64,000 nucleotides of DNA from Candidatus Thermosaccharophagus yellowstonensis. Its GTDB lineage: Bacteria; Armatimonadota; Fervidibacteria; Fervidibacterales; Thermosaccharophagaceae. The translations under genes were made by a program, and so were the position numbers. Below, piece by piece: positions 55,685 through 64,000 of the stretch (its first letter is position 1; each line of letters begins with the position of its first letter). Where the stretch lies: the NCBI GenBank assembly GCA_041537945.1, contig JBGOEK010000009.1, positions 15,099 through 79,098 on the forward strand. Direction: 5' to 3'. The notes beneath the pieces are model-generated. The model was given only the letters and a program-made list of their open reading frames with translations. It made no database searches and was not told the origin of the DNA.

Positions 55685-56806
55685 TCAGTTCTGGCTCTCG
55701 GCGCCACCGACCATCTTCTCAATTTTGTAAGCTTTGAGCAGTTGTTGCATTTCGTGTTTGCGCAGAGCCGATATTATCTCATCAAGGTCGCCATCGAGAA
55801 CCTCCGTCAGGTTGTAGACAGTAAGCCCGATCCTATGGTCAGTTATCCTGTTTTGCGTGAAGTTGTATGTGCGTGCCTTTTCGCTCCTATCGCCTGTTCC
55901 TATTTGAGCTTTCCTTGCTTGCATCATTTTCTGTTCCTGCTCTTGCCTGCGCAGTTCGAGGAGCTTTGCGCGGAGTATCCTTAGCGCCCTCACCTTGTTC
56001 TGATACTGTGAGCGCTGATCTTGGCAGACTACGACTATGCCAGTTGGCTTATGTCTTATGCGCACAGCTGTTTCGTTCTTTTGCATGTGCTGTCCACCGG
56101 GTCCAGATGAGAGCATCGTTTCGATCTCCAAGTCCTCTTCGTTTATCTGCACATCAACCTCCTCGGGCTCTGGCAGTATGGCGACAGTTGCTGTTGAAGT
56201 GTGGATTCTGCCACTTGATTCAGTTATCGGTATCCGTTGGACTCTGTGGACGCCACTCTCATACTTGAGGTGCTTCCACACATCCTTCCCGCTGATAGCC
56301 AATACGATTTCCTTGAAGCCACCAAGTTCAGTTGGGTGGGAGTGAAACACCTCAACCTTCCAATTCTTCTTCTCGGCATACTTCGTATACATGCGATACA
56401 AGTCCGCAGCGAAAAGTGCAGCCTCCTCCCCGCCAGCGCCAGCCCTTATCTCCATGATGACAGTCCTTCCATCGTTCGGGTCCTTCGGGAGTATGGCTTC
56501 AATCAGCTCCATTTCAAGCTGTTCAATTTGCGCCTCAAGGCGTTCCACCTCTTCCTCAGCCAGCCGACGCAATTCATCGTCCTCTTCGGTTTCGAGCAAC
56601 TCCTTCGCTTGGCTTAACTGCTCTTTCAACTCCTTGTAAAGCCGATACTTATCCACTATCGGTTTCAGCTCGCCGTATCGCTTGAGCAAGCTTTGGAGCA
56701 TAACTTTGTTGGATGCCATTTGTGAATCTGAGAGCTTCTTCTCTATTTGCTCAAACTCGGCTTCAAGCTCGTTCAATGTCCCAAGCATCTCGCACATCAC
56801 CTGCAC
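55685..56806 (-). CDS. prfA: Peptide chain release factor 1
   Basis: 373 aa. GGQ motif 'SGPGGQHMQKNETAVRIRHKPTGIVV'. RF1-type 'RIPITESSGRIHTSTATVAILPE' (P-x-T position, not the SPF of RF2). Single uninterrupted ORF. Confidence 0.88.
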   Translation of the reverse strand: MQVMCEMLGTLNELEAEFEQIEKKLSDSQMASNKVMLQSLLKRYGELKPIVDKYRLYKELKEQLSQAKELLETEEDDELRRLAEEEVERLEAQIEQLEMELIEAILPKDPNDGRTVIMEIRAGAGGEEAALFAADLYRMYTKYAEKKNWKVEVFHSHPTELGGFKEIVLAISGKDVWKHLKYESGVHRVQRIPITESSGRIHTSTATVAILPEPEEVDVQINEEDLEIETMLSSGPGGQHMQKNETAVRIRHKPTGIVVVCQDQRSQYQNKVRALRILRAKLLELRRQEQEQKMMQARKAQIGTGDRSEKARTYNFTQNRITDHRIGLTVYNLTEVLDGDLDEIISALRKHEMQQLLKAYKIEKMVGGAESQN

Positions 56807-56812
56807 AGCTGA

Positions 56813-57712
56813 TTAACCATTTCTTTGCTCCACATGCTCAAGCAGTGTCTTCAGTGCAGTCAAAGCCACTTCTAATTGTTCCAACGATGGTTCATCAGTT
56901 GTTAAGCGTTGCAACCGCATCCCGAGCCCTACGAACCTTTTGAGCAAGGGGATGCCTCTTCGTGCTGACACGAATATCAGCTCATAAGAGACGCTCGCGA
57001 CAACTGGCAAAAGGAGCGCCCTGCCGATCACCCTCACTGGAAAGGTCGTCCACGGGATGAGGGAGAAAAGCAATATGGAGACCAGTAACACTATGAGCGT
57101 GAATGAAGTCCCACAGCGCTCGTGTAGCCTCCCTTGTTGTATGGCGTTCTCCGATGAAAGCTTAAAGCCGTTCTCATAGGCATTTATCACCTTGTGCTCA
57201 GCGCCATGATAGGCAAAGTATTTGCGCATCTGCGGCATGATGCGTAGCGAGGCGATGAAGCAAACAAACACAGCAACCCTTATCGCCCCTTCAGCTAAGT
57301 TCAAGGCAAAATGTGTTGCGCTCAAAAACATAGCTTCTGCACCACCTTTAGCGGTGGCGACTTTCCACAGCCAATCGACTATGGCATGTGGCAGGACAAC
57401 AAACAGCGCGAAGGCGACGCCAAACCCGAGCACGACTTCAATCAGGAATGGGAGCCTTGGAAGTTTATGTTCCCTATGCAGTTCAAGTGATGCCTTAAGC
57501 CCATCGACGCCAGATGAGACGGAGTCGTATATGGCAACTATGCCACGCAGGAACGGCACACGCATCCACCTTTCAAGAACCTCTTTCCCTGCCTCCCTTT
57601 TAACACTCACCCCGATCGAGCCATCGCTTCTGCGGACGGCGATGACGGTGAAGCCGTGCGCATGTAGCATAACTCCATCGTGGACAGCTTGTCCGCCAAT
57701 TGCTGGCTTCAT
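56813..57712 (-). CDS. DUF1385-family membrane protein
   Basis: 299 aa. N-terminal 'IGGQAVHDGVMLH', conserved 'YHGAEHKVINAYE' and several TM helices. Its position between rpmE and prfA matches what I recall for this family in several phyla. Confidence 0.7.
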   Translation of the reverse strand: MKPAIGGQAVHDGVMLHAHGFTVIAVRRSDGSIGVSVKREAGKEVLERWMRVPFLRGIVAIYDSVSSGVDGLKASLELHREHKLPRLPFLIEVVLGFGVAFALFVVLPHAIVDWLWKVATAKGGAEAMFLSATHFALNLAEGAIRVAVFVCFIASLRIMPQMRKYFAYHGAEHKVINAYENGFKLSSENAIQQGRLHERCGTSFTLIVLLVSILLFSLIPWTTFPVRVIGRALLLPVVASVSYELIFVSARRGIPLLKRFVGLGMRLQRLTTDEPSLEQLEVALTALKTLLEHVEQRNG

Positions 57713-57763
57713 GAGTTGTCCCCCTGCAGTGGGCTGTTTTAACGGAGGGCATTTTTTCTTTGC

Positions 57764-58009
57764 TCACTCCTTTCGTTTCCCAGTTCGCTGTTCCTTCCTC
57801 TGTGCAGCCTTCAGCCTTTGCTGGAACCGTTCAACCCTCCCCATCGTATCGACGAACCTTTGACCTGTCATTTGACCTGTGTAGAACGGATGGCATTGTG
57901 AGCAAACCTCAATATGTAGCACTGGTTTTGTTGAGCGTGTCTTGAAGGAGTGACCACACGCACATATCACAGTGCATTCAACATACTCTGGATGGATGCC
58001 TTTCTTCAT
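57764..58009 (-). CDS. rpmE: 50S ribosomal protein L31 (Zn-ribbon type A)
   Basis: '[27 protein letters not shown]...[12 protein letters not shown]' is the canonical L31 sequence with four Cys. Confidence 0.9.
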   Translation of the reverse strand: MKKGIHPEYVECTVICACGHSFKTRSTKPVLHIEVCSQCHPFYTGQMTGQRFVDTMGRVERFQQRLKAAQRKEQRTGKRKE

Positions 58010-58115
58010 CCCTGATCAACTCCTTTGCAAGTGAGTTTCAATCGTTGAAGGCTTTCGCTGAAGGATGCTTTGTCGTTGTTTGAACTGCCGAGGTTATCAT
58101 TATGCCACCACAGTC

Positions 58116-59567
58116 TCATCTTGGTGTCGTTATCCCCACAAGGTCGAAGATGAGTTTTAGCTCCCGCCGTGAGAGGTTATAGCAAAGCCCCCAATCAATG
58201 CAGTGGGCTCGGTAAACCAACCCGAAACTCCAGTCACGCAACTCCCGCAACGAGACATCATAACGCAGATCATACACTATCTTCCACCTCTCGCGCTTCA
58301 GCCAGATGTTCCCATTTAAGCGGCACTCCGTCGCTATATCAACGCCATCAAATTCAAACGGCGTTTCACCAGAGCACAAATAGCGCACAAATGAAAGCTT
58401 TCCCTCACCAGCTCGCCCAAACGGTATCTTTACACCAGCCGTTATTCGCGCAAACTTCATCTCGCTGTCCTTGTAGCTTGAGTAGTGTAGTAGCATATCA
58501 AATTCCCAATGCCATGCCCTCTCCGTTCGGCGTTCATTGTGCACACCTAACTCAATGTTGAACCTTTGCGAAGAGACCTTCGATATCGTGAGCTCGCTAT
58601 ACCTGCCGAATGACACATTGCCATAAAGTGAGAAGCCCTTGATCGCATTCGGCTTTGTGAAGTTGAATCCAACTTCTGGAGATATGTTTAAAAGCAAGCG
58701 CTTGGTGAGTCCGTCCTCCTCTCCCTCCTTGTGGGCTAAGCTCAGATATGCTTCGCCATGCTTGAACGGCTTTGTGATTGAGAGTTTGCCACGCCACTTC
58801 TCCTTTGCCGATAAACCGAGCGAGCACGAAAGCGATGTTGCAGACTGCCTTCCACCGATTGCCCTTGAGAAGTTGAAGCCAATGTAAACACCGTCCGTAT
58901 ATGTGAAGAGCAACGAAAGCGGCCTCTCCTCCTTCTGCCCTTTCCTCAACACAAAGCGATGCCTCGGTATGGTTGGCAACTTAAGACCGTAAACGCGGAC
59001 GCTCACGCCATCAACGATCACTTGCTCACCGTAGATCAGTTGTGCTCTTTTCAAGCTGATCTCATAATGCGGATGCTCCTTTGCACAAGTTGTTATGCTA
59101 CCATCTTCAAGCACCACTTCACCTTTGGAGATGTTAGCCATCCTTCCAGTGAAGTTCAATTCACCGTAGCGAGCCTTGATATGCTCAACGAGACCGACTT
59201 GCTCATCCAAGTTGTATCGCACAACTTCACCAGATACCGTCAATCCATTTTGAGTTGTAAGCGTTGCGCCATTTGGGGCTACCACCCAACCGCTGTCTGC
59301 GCTGTATTGCAACTTGTCACCCCTCAGCGTCACTCCATCGTAGAGAAGTTCAACATCCCCAACAGCATTCAGCGTTTTCCCTTTCGTCTCCCATTGTATG
59401 CGCTGTGCACGCAAGGTAACAGTTCTACCATCATTGCTTTTGATCTCCTCCACCATCAACTCCTCGGCTACAGGGGCAGTGGCAAACGATGTTACGCATA
59501 GGCAAGCAGTGATAAGTGACCGACCGATTTGGCGGGCGCATAGCATCTCATGGAGTCCTCCTTTCAC
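58116..59567 (-). CDS. lptD: Short LptD/OstA-like outer-membrane LPS-assembly protein (tentative)
   Basis: 483 aa with a signal peptide. OstA-like N-terminal beta-jellyroll repeats ('LRAQRIQWETKGKTLNAVGDVELLYDGVTLRGDKLQY'). 'SITTCAKEHPHYEISLKRAQLIYGEQVIVDGVSVRVYGLKLPTIP' resembles the LptD junction region. The C-terminal half has a beta-strand pattern. Confidence 0.55.
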   Translation of the reverse strand: MKGGLHEMLCARQIGRSLITACLCVTSFATAPVAEELMVEEIKSNDGRTVTLRAQRIQWETKGKTLNAVGDVELLYDGVTLRGDKLQYSADSGWVVAPNGATLTTQNGLTVSGEVVRYNLDEQVGLVEHIKARYGELNFTGRMANISKGEVVLEDGSITTCAKEHPHYEISLKRAQLIYGEQVIVDGVSVRVYGLKLPTIPRHRFVLRKGQKEERPLSLLFTYTDGVYIGFNFSRAIGGRQSATSLSCSLGLSAKEKWRGKLSITKPFKHGEAYLSLAHKEGEEDGLTKRLLLNISPEVGFNFTKPNAIKGFSLYGNVSFGRYSELTISKVSSQRFNIELGVHNERRTERAWHWEFDMLLHYSSYKDSEMKFARITAGVKIPFGRAGEGKLSFVRYLCSGETPFEFDGVDIATECRLNGNIWLKRERWKIVYDLRYDVSLRELRDWSFGLVYRAHCIDWGLCYNLSRRELKLIFDLVGITTPR

Positions 59568-59583
59568 GGTTGGCTTGAAGCCT

Positions 59584-60999
59584 TCAGAAGTGAAGTTGGA
59601 ATTGAAGTCTCGTTGTCTCCTCTTGGGAGCGAGTCCGTTTGCTACTATAATCGCTCACTTGGTATAAGAGCCTAAGCTCGGCTTGCGGTGATATTGAATA
59701 GCGAACGCCAAAGATAGCGTCTGTGGAGATGATCGGAGAGCTTCGCAGTGCGATTGTCCTTTGCACCCCCACCGCCAACCCCCACTTCGCATTAAGGCTG
59801 TAGACAGCTTCACCTGCGTGAACTCTGTAGCCTTCATCTCCCCCATCAATGCTGGAGAGGATTTGGAAGTTGTATCTGGCATAGAGTCTGTTTGACGAAC
59901 GCCATGCGACACCAAGCGTTATGCCATGCAGGCTGTTCTCACCCCGCCATAGTGATGAGGGGCTCAAAAACTCAAGACGCCCTTCACCAAAGCGCGTGTA
60001 TAGAGCGCGCACGCTCACTTCCCCTAACTCATACTGCCCTCCGATCTCAATACTGCCATAGCGAAGCAGATCTGAGATGGTTACCTCCCTGTCATATGTC
60101 GGTATGGTGTGGGAATACCTGCCGACTATCTTCAACCGCTCACCAAATGGTATTGAGACGCGTGCAGTGAGCGAGTTTATGGCGTCACCTTGCGTTAGCG
60201 TTTGAGTTTGTCGATTGCACACCTGCAGTAGCATGAAGGGAAGTGGTATGGTGGTTGTCCTTGTGTTGCTAAGCGAAACCCTTCCTTCACCAAGCCAATA
60301 AGCCACGATGATGTCAGAGTCAGAGCCATCGGTTGAGGTGTCCTCCATCAGGTATGCATCAGCGGTGAGCAGTTTCCTCACCGATGTAAGTTGTGTTCCA
60401 TCAACTGATGAAGGCAGTGCATGCTTAGTTGTTTCCTTTGAGAGGCTGTTGAGGAGCAGGCTTGGCAGTTTAACAGCTATGTCAGCCTTCGTGGTGCTCT
60501 GCTCAAACTTGCCTATGAATGAGCTAACCTCGTCTTCGAACGCCTTCACAACCGCCAGAAGGTCGGACGCCTTCTCATCAGTTGACAGGTGGTTTATATC
60601 GTCGGCGAAATAGCCTATGAGTGCGCGCATGAGTGTCGCAAGACGAGAAACATCGCTTTGCTTCATCACTGGCAACCCAACGAGGCTACATGCCTCTTCG
60701 AGCGACATCTCATCTGTTGAAGGGGCTTTCTCCCTCAGGCGCTCAAGGGCTAAGCGCAACGCGTCAACCGCTGAAATGACATCCCTAACAAACTGCAGTT
60801 TGCTTGTGGGTTGAGGTTTAGCATACTCGCTGAAGACGATGCCCCAAGTCAGCTTGACGCTCCCAATCTCCTGCATCCATGCATACACAGGTTCACTGCG
60901 CGGAACTTCCTCATACCAACTACTGCCAACTGCGGGCATCCACCCCATCAAAACTATACAGCAAACATAAAGCACCATAAGCGTATGGCTTCGCTTCAT
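59584..60999 (-). CDS. Putative outer-membrane beta-barrel protein with possible degenerate SLH-like N-terminal segment
   Basis: 471 aa with a signal peptide. 'WYEEVPRSEPVYAWMQEIGS' weakly resembles the SLH motif F-x-D-V-P-x-x-H-W-A. The C-terminal ~250 aa show an alternating beta pattern ending in the OMP-type terminus 'RLQFQLHF'. Confidence 0.5.
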   Translation of the reverse strand: MKRSHTLMVLYVCCIVLMGWMPAVGSSWYEEVPRSEPVYAWMQEIGSVKLTWGIVFSEYAKPQPTSKLQFVRDVISAVDALRLALERLREKAPSTDEMSLEEACSLVGLPVMKQSDVSRLATLMRALIGYFADDINHLSTDEKASDLLAVVKAFEDEVSSFIGKFEQSTTKADIAVKLPSLLLNSLSKETTKHALPSSVDGTQLTSVRKLLTADAYLMEDTSTDGSDSDIIVAYWLGEGRVSLSNTRTTTIPLPFMLLQVCNRQTQTLTQGDAINSLTARVSIPFGERLKIVGRYSHTIPTYDREVTISDLLRYGSIEIGGQYELGEVSVRALYTRFGEGRLEFLSPSSLWRGENSLHGITLGVAWRSSNRLYARYNFQILSSIDGGDEGYRVHAGEAVYSLNAKWGLAVGVQRTIALRSSPIISTDAIFGVRYSISPQAELRLLYQVSDYSSKRTRSQEETTRLQFQLHF

Positions 61000-61190
61000 C
61001 TCGCTTTTTCTCCCTCACCCCTTTGGTTGCTAAAGAAAGTATAGCACGGTAGCGAGGCAATCGCCACACCATCATCAATTCAAAATGGCACAATACATCG
61101 GATGGAAGCTTGTGCAACTGTTATCTCTTGCGCAGCATCATGAGTTATTGCAGTCAAAGTAGCTCCATCTTTTGGCAGTGGTGATGGATC

Positions 61191-63026
61191 ATGTTTCATA
61201 GCCCAGCTGTATACCGTAGCCAAGTTGAAAGCTCATTTTGGTTGCAGGTTGATAGCTCGCATATCTATGTGACCGCCCACATACCAATGGAGCTACCAGT
61301 TCACGGCTCTGTTGTGCTTTGTCATGCTTTTGCTGAGGAGCAAAAGGCATCATATCGTGTGCTCGTTTCGCTTGCGAGGAGGTTGGCTGAAAGGGGTTTT
61401 ATCGTGTTTCGCTTTGACCATCGTGGCTACGGCAACAGCGGTGGCGATTTTGAACAACACAGCATCAGCGATTGGATGCGTGACATTTTCGTCCTCGTCA
61501 GCTTCGTCAGAGAGAGCTTGGGCAGGTTGCCACTCATCATCGGTGGATTGCGCCTTGGGGCGAGCTTGGCTGTGCTGTCAGCAAACGAGCTGGATGCTGA
61601 TGGGCTGTTGCTATGGCAACCTGTGGTTAACGGTAAGCGGTTTGTCCAACTCAACATGACGAGGATGAAGATGCAACGCCAGTTGATAGCGTTTGAGAGC
61701 GATGATAAGGCTCAAAGCGAAGGTGCACTTAGTGAGGTAGCTTCGCACATTAATGCCACAAGCGACATCTTCACAGACTTCAACGGGTATATCATCACCA
61801 ACAGGTTGCATGATGAGCTTTGTTCCATTGATCTGCTTTCGGCGACACCGCCAAAGCGTGCCAAGTGCTTGCTCGTTCAAATCTCGGGGAGCACAAAGCT
61901 CAGCGGTGAATTTCATTCTTTTGTTGAGCACTTGCGTTCGTCAACCGATGCATGTGAAGTGCTCATGGTCCGTGAGCAACCGATATGGAACTTGCTCGGT
62001 CTGGTGGAGGCGAAGGAGCTCGTTGAGGTGACTACTGGTTGGGTTGCGCAATCGTTTTCGAGAGGCGGAATTAAGGTTGATGCTCAGAGCCTTTTCTTAG
62101 ACATGCCAAGGTGTGTTGATGGTGAGCACATCGTCGTGATTGATACCGAAAGGGGATGGCTGAAGGGCGTGTTAACCCTCCCAAGCACTCCATCGGAACT
62201 TGGGGTGGTTTTCCTGCACGGTTGGTCTGGAACTCGCTGTGGTCCGCACAACATGTTTACGAAGCTCTCAAGGGCTTTGAAAGAGCAAGGTTGCATCAGC
62301 CTCAGGTTCGATTTTTATGGGCGTGGCGAAAGCAGTGGTGAACTCTACGATGGGACATTACTCACGATGATTGAAGACGCAAACAGAGTCATCTCTTGGC
62401 TTGTGGATTGCACTCCAGCAAGGAGGTGCGTAACCGTTGGGATATGTTCTGGTGGCGAGGTGTGTTTTGGGAGCGCGTTGCACGATGCTGTTTGTGGCAT
62501 GGTCCTTTGGTCAGCCCCAGTGTTCGCTGGGTTGCATCAGCGTTCACGGACTATAAGGAAGCGGTTTAGCTACTTCGTTGAGTATTTGAGGAAGCTCTTT
62601 CGCATAACAACATGGCGCAAGTTGTTTGGCGGGCAAGTGCAGTTCTCGGTCATCTTTCGTGTCCTGTTTGGTGGTGGCGATAAGGTGAAGAGCAAGCAAA
62701 CAGGTGCGGAGGGAGAAGCCATCGGCAAAGAGCGTTCTCAAGCGAGCGATATAGCTCCAAGAGATGAGCTACAACTCGAGAGGGCTCGCTACGAGGCGTT
62801 GGTCAAAGAGTTTGAGAGGCGTTACCGCAAGCCGACGCTCATGGTCTACGGCACTGGAGACCCAGAGGCGAAGCCCGCTATAGCATGGTATGGACGCATC
62901 CTTGAAGCGAGGAGAATTCCCTATCAACTCCATCTCGTCAAAGGGGCAAACCATAGCTTCTACTCAACTGCATGGGAGAACGAAGTCATCAATGTCACAA
63001 AGCATTGGATATCAACGCAAGCTTAA
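61191..63026 (+). CDS. Tandem double alpha/beta-hydrolase-fold protein (resembles fused exosortase-A-associated hydrolase 2 and hydrolase 1 families)
   Basis: 611 aa. Half 1: 'VVLCHAFAEEQKASYRVLVSLARRLAERGFIVFRFDHRGYGNSGGDF', elbow 'GGLRLGASLA', 'LLLWQPVVNGKRF'. Half 2: 'GVVFLHGWSGTRCGPHNMF...LRFDFYGRGESSGEL', elbow 'GICSGGE', 'MVLWSAPVF'. Confidence 0.65.
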   Translation: MFHSPAVYRSQVESSFWLQVDSSHIYVTAHIPMELPVHGSVVLCHAFAEEQKASYRVLVSLARRLAERGFIVFRFDHRGYGNSGGDFEQHSISDWMRDIFVLVSFVRESLGRLPLIIGGLRLGASLAVLSANELDADGLLLWQPVVNGKRFVQLNMTRMKMQRQLIAFESDDKAQSEGALSEVASHINATSDIFTDFNGYIITNRLHDELCSIDLLSATPPKRAKCLLVQISGSTKLSGEFHSFVEHLRSSTDACEVLMVREQPIWNLLGLVEAKELVEVTTGWVAQSFSRGGIKVDAQSLFLDMPRCVDGEHIVVIDTERGWLKGVLTLPSTPSELGVVFLHGWSGTRCGPHNMFTKLSRALKEQGCISLRFDFYGRGESSGELYDGTLLTMIEDANRVISWLVDCTPARRCVTVGICSGGEVCFGSALHDAVCGMVLWSAPVFAGLHQRSRTIRKRFSYFVEYLRKLFRITTWRKLFGGQVQFSVIFRVLFGGGDKVKSKQTGAEGEAIGKERSQASDIAPRDELQLERARYEALVKEFERRYRKPTLMVYGTGDPEAKPAIAWYGRILEARRIPYQLHLVKGANHSFYSTAWENEVINVTKHWISTQA

Positions 63027-64000
63027 AGTCCTCTTCGTGAACCATACGGGCAAGGTTGGTGGCGCTGAGGTCAGCCTCTTAACATTGCTTGATTGGTTGC
63101 ACAGGCTCTATGGGGATTCGATTCAGCTCATATTGACAGCACCCGATGACGGGAGTTTGCTTGCTCGTGCTGAGCGTTGTGGGGCGCTCGTCTTCCCAGC
63201 GAATTGGTTGAAGCGCCTTAAGCGCCCAACAAACGGACGCCAATTGCTTGGCGCAGTCGCATCGGTTGGGCGTGGTAGCTTGAAAGCATTCATGTTGGTG
63301 CACTCAGTTTCGCCTCACATCGTCCATTGCAACAGCCTCCAGAGCAGTTTGTATTTTGTGCTCCCGACGGCTCTCAAGCGACTACCGCTCGTTTGGCACT
63401 GCCGTGACTTGCTCATGCCAAAGGCTGTCGCAAGGTTTGTTGGCGCATTTTGCGATGCTGTCATATCCATCTCAGGCGCAGTGGCAAACGAGCTTGTAAA
63501 GCTCGGTGTTCGTAAGAAGAAGATCAGGCTCATCTACAATGCCGTTGATGTGAGTGCGCTCAAATGCGTTGCCGATGAACTTGTGAAACGCTTCCGCGAA
63601 GCATGTGGCGTTAGGGATGGTGGCATCCTCGTCGGCATGATAGCGCATATGACACCATGGAAGCGCCATGACTTGTTCATTCGCATGGCGAGCTTAGTGG
63701 CAAAAGAGAGGGAGGATGTGCGCTTCGTCATCGTTGGTGGCGACATATTTGAGGAGCAAAGCGAATGGCTGTGTTCTTTATCTCGCATGGTGAAGGAGCT
63801 ATCGCTTGAGGGCATTTTGACATTCGCTGGCGAATGCAAAGAGATCGCCATCGCTGTGAATGCCATAGACATACTTGTGCACCCATCGCCAACTGAGCCA
63901 TTTGGGAGAGCTATCGCTGAAGCGATGGCAGTCGGGAAGGCAGTTGTAGCGGTCAACGCCTTCGGTCCTGCAGAGTTGATAAAGCACGAGGAAAACGGTT
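62992..64000 (+). CDS. GT4-family glycosyltransferase (3' end beyond the window)
   Basis: I translated this open frame by hand from ATG 62992 to the window edge with no stop; it is absent from the ORF track because it is truncated. 'KVLFVNHTGKVGGAEV' is a typical GT4 N-terminus. 'HPSPTEPFGRAIAEAMAVGKAVVAVNAFGPAELI' is the E-x7-E region. Overlaps the upstream hydrolase gene by 35 nt. Confidence 0.75.
   Translation, partial: MSQSIGYQRKLKVLFVNHTGKVGGAEVSLLTLLDWLHRLYGDSIQLILTAPDDGSLLARAERCGALVFPANWLKRLKRPTNGRQLLGAVASVGRGSLKAFMLVHSVSPHIVHCNSLQSSLYFVLPTALKRLPLVWHCRDLLMPKAVARFVGAFCDAVISISGAVANELVKLGVRKKKIRLIYNAVDVSALKCVADELVKRFREACGVRDGGILVGMIAHMTPWKRHDLFIRMASLVAKEREDVRFVIVGGDIFEEQSEWLCSLSRMVKELSLEGILTFAGECKEIAIAVNAIDILVHPSPTEPFGRAIAEAMAVGKAVVAVNAFGPAELIKHEENG

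Noticed and set aside
55685-56806. Release factor gene checked for an RF2-type programmed +1 frameshift.
   Set aside because: The protein carries the RF1-type P-x-T region and is a single uninterrupted ORF. There is no in-frame early UGA with an upstream SD-like element.

Overview
Gene-dense chromosomal segment with about 50 protein-coding genes. I found no rRNA or tRNA genes, CRISPR array, transposase, integrase or obvious prophage or defence island by eye. Intergenic gaps are all shorter than about 220 nt.

Housekeeping genes: four aminoacyl-tRNA synthetases (hisS-aspS-metG in a row, alaS further on), rplI-dnaB, rpmE, prfA, secG, lysA/asd, ispE.

Envelope genes: mlaEFD, an lptD-like gene, a second beta-barrel protein, a fused heptose-adenylyltransferase/KdsB, wecB, an O-antigen-ligase-like protein and a GT4 glycosyltransferase.

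Signalling genes: a CHASE2 adenylate/guanylate cyclase, two HD-GYP proteins and a PAS/GAF hybrid histidine kinase.

The envelope gene set suggests an LPS-bearing diderm, possibly with a Terrabacteria-type envelope. That rests on the elongated MlaD with a barrel-like C-terminus and on a possible SLH-like outer-membrane protein. Lineage cannot be established from the sequence alone.

Most unusual loci:
1. 2212-6446: a chimeric membrane protein (zinc ribbon, RbsC-type ABC permease core, FecR domain, TPR tail) encoded directly upstream of the CHASE2 cyclase.
2. 48256-51882: an orphan CooC-like / RACo-like (2Fe-2S plus ASKHA ATPase) / CooC-like triad with no CODH/ACS or corrinoid protein in the window.
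3. 9908-11728: a 606-aa MlaD carrying seven 27-residue repeats in exact register and a beta-barrel-like tail.
4. 39408-42987: a three-gene operon (triplicated CIA30/CBM11-like secreted protein, DHS-like protein, DUF1080 protein).
5. 61191-63026: a single polypeptide that looks like a fusion of the two exosortase-A-associated hydrolase families.

All functional calls come from motif recognition by eye. No searches were run.
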